This document shows, one piece after another, positions 61,656-64,000 of a stretch of DNA of 64,000 nucleotides. The notes beneath the pieces were generated by a model. That model did not search any database and was not told the origin of the DNA. It saw only the letters and a program-made list of their open reading frames with translations. Origin of the DNA: Chloroflexota bacterium. Lineage in GTDB: Bacteria; Chloroflexota; Dehalococcoidia; JACPEP01. A program made the translations under genes and the position numbers. The stretch is taken from positions 38,148-102,147 of the forward strand of contig JACPEP010000014.1 of NCBI GenBank assembly GCA_016183425.1, in the 5' to 3' direction. Numbering within the stretch: the stretch's first letter is position 1; each line of letters begins with the position of its first letter.

Positions 61656-62756
61656 GTGCATATAGGCATCGACGCCCGGCTACTGTACTACAGCGCCGGA
61701 GGCATCAGCCGCTACATACGAGCCCTCATAACCGCATTGGCCCAGATAGACCATGAGGATAGCTTTACCATATTTCAATACCGCAAGGAGCAAGCCTCCC
61801 CTGACTGGGGGCACAACTTCCGTCGTCGTCTCCTTTGGACACCTCCTCATCACCCCTGGGAAAGGTGGACACTGCCCTGGGAGATGGTCACGTCGCCGCT
61901 GGATGTCATCCATAGCCCAGACTTCATTCCTCCCTTTTACAGCCGAGGGAAAAGGGTCATTACCGTGCACGATCTGGCTTTTCTCCGCTTCCCTCAGCTT
62001 CTTACCCCAGCGAGTCGTCGTTACTATCAGCAAATCCACTGGGCGGTGAAACGGGCCCACGGCATCGCTGCCGTATCTGAGGCCACGCGACAGGATATGG
62101 TGGAGCTTCTGGGGGTGCCTCCGGAGCGAATTCAGGTCATTTATCACGCTGTGGACGACTACTTCCATCCGGTGGTCATGGAGAAAAAAGAAGCCTTTCG
62201 TCTTCGGCACCACCTTCCGGAGCGGTTTATCCTGTGGGTAGGGGTCATCGAACCGCGCAAGAATCTGGATACCCTTCTTCGAGCCCTGGCCTGGCTACGC
62301 CAGGAAGGTCATCGCTACTCTCTGGTAGTAGTAGGCAGTCCAGGGTGGCTATATCAGGGAACCTTCCGGCTTATTGAGGAGCTGGAGATGAGGGAGGACG
62401 TCGTCCTTTTCGGCTCCGCCTCTTTAGAGGAGCTTCTCTTTTTGTACAATTGTGCCTGGCTTTTTATTTTTCCCTCTTTGTACGAAGGGTTTGGTTTCCC
62501 CCCTTTAGAGGCCATGGCCTGCGGCACGCCGGTCATCAGCTCCAATACCCCCTCTTTGGTGGAGGTGCTGGGGGAGGCTCCCATCTATTTTTCGCCTCAG
62601 GATGTCTCCGGCCTAGCTCAGGCCATCCTTCAGGTGGACGGGGATGCCCAGCTAAGAAAGAATATGGGGAGGCGGGGCCGGGAGCGGGCTTTGCGATATT
62701 CGTGGCGACGGACGGCCGAGGAGACTCTGTCTCTATACCGTAGGGTTCTGGCTTAA
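61656..62756 (+). CDS. Glycosyltransferase family 4
   Basis: [21 protein letters not shown] is the GT4 EX7E region. Confidence 0.8.
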   Translation: MHIGIDARLLYYSAGGISRYIRALITALAQIDHEDSFTIFQYRKEQASPDWGHNFRRRLLWTPPHHPWERWTLPWEMVTSPLDVIHSPDFIPPFYSRGKRVITVHDLAFLRFPQLLTPASRRYYQQIHWAVKRAHGIAAVSEATRQDMVELLGVPPERIQVIYHAVDDYFHPVVMEKKEAFRLRHHLPERFILWVGVIEPRKNLDTLLRALAWLRQEGHRYSLVVVGSPGWLYQGTFRLIEELEMREDVVLFGSASLEELLFLYNCAWLFIFPSLYEGFGFPPLEAMACGTPVISSNTPSLVEVLGEAPIYFSPQDVSGLAQAILQVDGDAQLRKNMGRRGRERALRYSWRRTAEETLSLYRRVLA

Positions 62757-62758
62757 TA

Positions 62759-63961
62759 GTGAAGATCCTTTTCCTGACTCCGGATCTTCCCTACCCTCCT
62801 AGCAAAGGCACCAGCCTTAGAAACTTTCATCTCATAGAGAACACCGCTCAGCATCACCAGGTTCACCTCCTCAGCTTCGCTGAAGAGGGACAATCCATCC
62901 CCCGCTCCCTTCAGGAGATGTGCACTTCAGTACGCATCGTGACCAGAGGCAGGCGCTCTTTAGCCCGACGCCTCCTCCACCTTGCCCTATCCCCTATGCC
63001 AGACATAGCCCACCGCCTTGCCTCGACCCAGTTTGCTGAGGAGGTAGTCAGGGGCCTGGACGGGTTCGATGCCCTTCAGGTGGAGGGCTTGGAGATGGCG
63101 GGGTACTACTTGGGCCGGAGAGGGAAGATGCCACCGGTTGTCTTCGATGACCATAACGCCGAATACCGCCTCCAGTGGAGCATCTTTCGTATCGATGCCG
63201 CAGCATGGCGGAGGTGGCCCGGCGCCGGCTATAGCCTCATCCAGTGGCTGAAGCTGCGGGCTTACGAAAGGAAAGTATGCCGTGCTGCCCGAGCCATTGT
63301 AGCGGTAGCATTGGAAGATAAGGAAGCGCTACTGTGCCTGGATCATAGCTTGAAGATAACGGTGGTGTCCAACGCCATCGACCCCGGCTATTTCCAGGGT
63401 TTCCGCCCCCAGGCGATGCCAGGAGAAATCAATATCTTATTCACAGGAACCATGGACTACCGGCCCAACGTGGATGCAGTGAACTGGTTTTGCCATCAGA
63501 TATGGCCCCATATTGAGCAAAGGGTACCCCAGGCTCGCTTCCTTATCGTTGGGAGAAGCCCCACCCAGACGGTACAGAAGTTGGCCACCAACCAGATAAT
63601 AGTCACTGGGGAGGTGGATGATGTACGGCCCTATCTGGCCCGGAGCGCCCTTTACGTGGCCCCTTTGCGCATGGGGGGAGGGGTACGTTTCAAGGTGCTG
63701 GAGGCCATGGCCAGCGGCGTGCCGGTGGTCAGCACCACGGAGGGGATGCGAGGCATCGCTGCCCTACCCGGTCGGGAAGTGGCCATAGCCGATGAGCCCA
63801 GGGTCTTTGCCTCCCAGGTAGTGGATTTGTTGAGGGACGAGGGTATGAGACATTCCCGGGCAGAAGCCGCCCGTCGCTTGGTATTGACTCGGTACCAGTG
63901 GTCGGTAGTGATGCCCCGTCTGGAGAGGTTGTATACAGGTCTAACCAACGAAAGACGTTAG
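62759..63961 (+). CDS. Glycosyltransferase family 4
   Basis: GGGVRFKVLEAMASGVPVVST. The N-terminal GT4 fold begins at MKILFLTPDLPYPP. Confidence 0.8.
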   Translation: MKILFLTPDLPYPPSKGTSLRNFHLIENTAQHHQVHLLSFAEEGQSIPRSLQEMCTSVRIVTRGRRSLARRLLHLALSPMPDIAHRLASTQFAEEVVRGLDGFDALQVEGLEMAGYYLGRRGKMPPVVFDDHNAEYRLQWSIFRIDAAAWRRWPGAGYSLIQWLKLRAYERKVCRAARAIVAVALEDKEALLCLDHSLKITVVSNAIDPGYFQGFRPQAMPGEINILFTGTMDYRPNVDAVNWFCHQIWPHIEQRVPQARFLIVGRSPTQTVQKLATNQIIVTGEVDDVRPYLARSALYVAPLRMGGGVRFKVLEAMASGVPVVSTTEGMRGIAALPGREVAIADEPRVFASQVVDLLRDEGMRHSRAEAARRLVLTRYQWSVVMPRLERLYTGLTNERR

Positions 63962-64000
63962 TTTGACAAAGATGTGTCTCGGCTTTATGCTATGCTGGCA

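Overview
This is a high-GC (about 60%) bacterial chromosomal window, densely coding, with about 63 protein genes, three tRNAs and no rRNA or CRISPR. RemA–gmk and tyrA–aroA synteny, a SpoIVFB-like site-2 protease, a CwlD-like amidase and a Gmad2 lipoprotein suggest a Chloroflexota- or Firmicutes-like, possibly sporulating lineage.

Main blocks, in order:
1. A secreted subtilisin (S8) protease and a cohesin-domain, PT-linker surface protein.
2. A decayed ABC uptake operon (FecCD permease and binding-protein fragments) next to tRNA-Gly(CCC).
3. A DUF1003 protein, then a GH3/PaaK-like adenylate-forming enzyme overlapping a SAM methyltransferase.
4. A large GT-C-like membrane glycosyltransferase (7173–11099) whose tandem C-terminal domain pair is shared with a second GT39/PMT-like glycosyltransferase at 49857–52211.
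5. Two paralogous pyruvate-kinase-C-domain-like proteins, a small ferredoxin and a sirtuin.
6. An acyl-CoA dehydrogenase and a LiaF/DUF4097 membrane protein.
7. Two tandem tRNA-Ser genes (anticodons CGA and GGA) followed by a roughly 2.3 kb low-GC island (about 45–48% GC). The island holds a DJ-1/PfpI gene, a C-terminal remnant of a type I restriction-modification specificity subunit (hsdS), and a translationally coupled 408-aa protein with a C-terminal PD-(D/E)xK nuclease motif. This is the best candidate for an undescribed defence module.
8. A YtxH/DUF948 pair, then an unknown gene with two tandem PAC2 (proteasome-assembly-chaperone-like) paralogs.
9. A membrane-lipid cluster: AP-superfamily lipoprotein, GT28 MGDG-synthase-like enzyme, PAP2, DAG kinase, metallophosphoesterase, LPG-synthase-TM-like protein.
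10. Dihydrolipoyl dehydrogenase (lpdA).
11. An envelope polysaccharide cluster: nucleotide-sugar dehydrogenase, WecA-like GT4, O-antigen-ligase–TPR fusion, epimerase.
12. A four-subunit benzoyl-CoA-reductase / 2-hydroxyacyl-CoA-dehydratase-family cluster with its own ferredoxin and a fused NAD(P)H–FeS–flavin oxidoreductase.
13. A PT-repeat lipoprotein with two CxxCH motifs, then a single-polypeptide Mop-like molybdo-iron-sulfur aldehyde oxidoreductase.
14. An MBL hydrolase, then thiolase plus DUF35.
15. LysM-3D and amidase cell-wall hydrolases, an M50 site-2 protease, tyrA, aroA, remA, gmk, a Gmad2 lipoprotein and two GT4 glycosyltransferases.

All functional calls are from motif recognition by eye in the translated ORFs. 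No database search was run.
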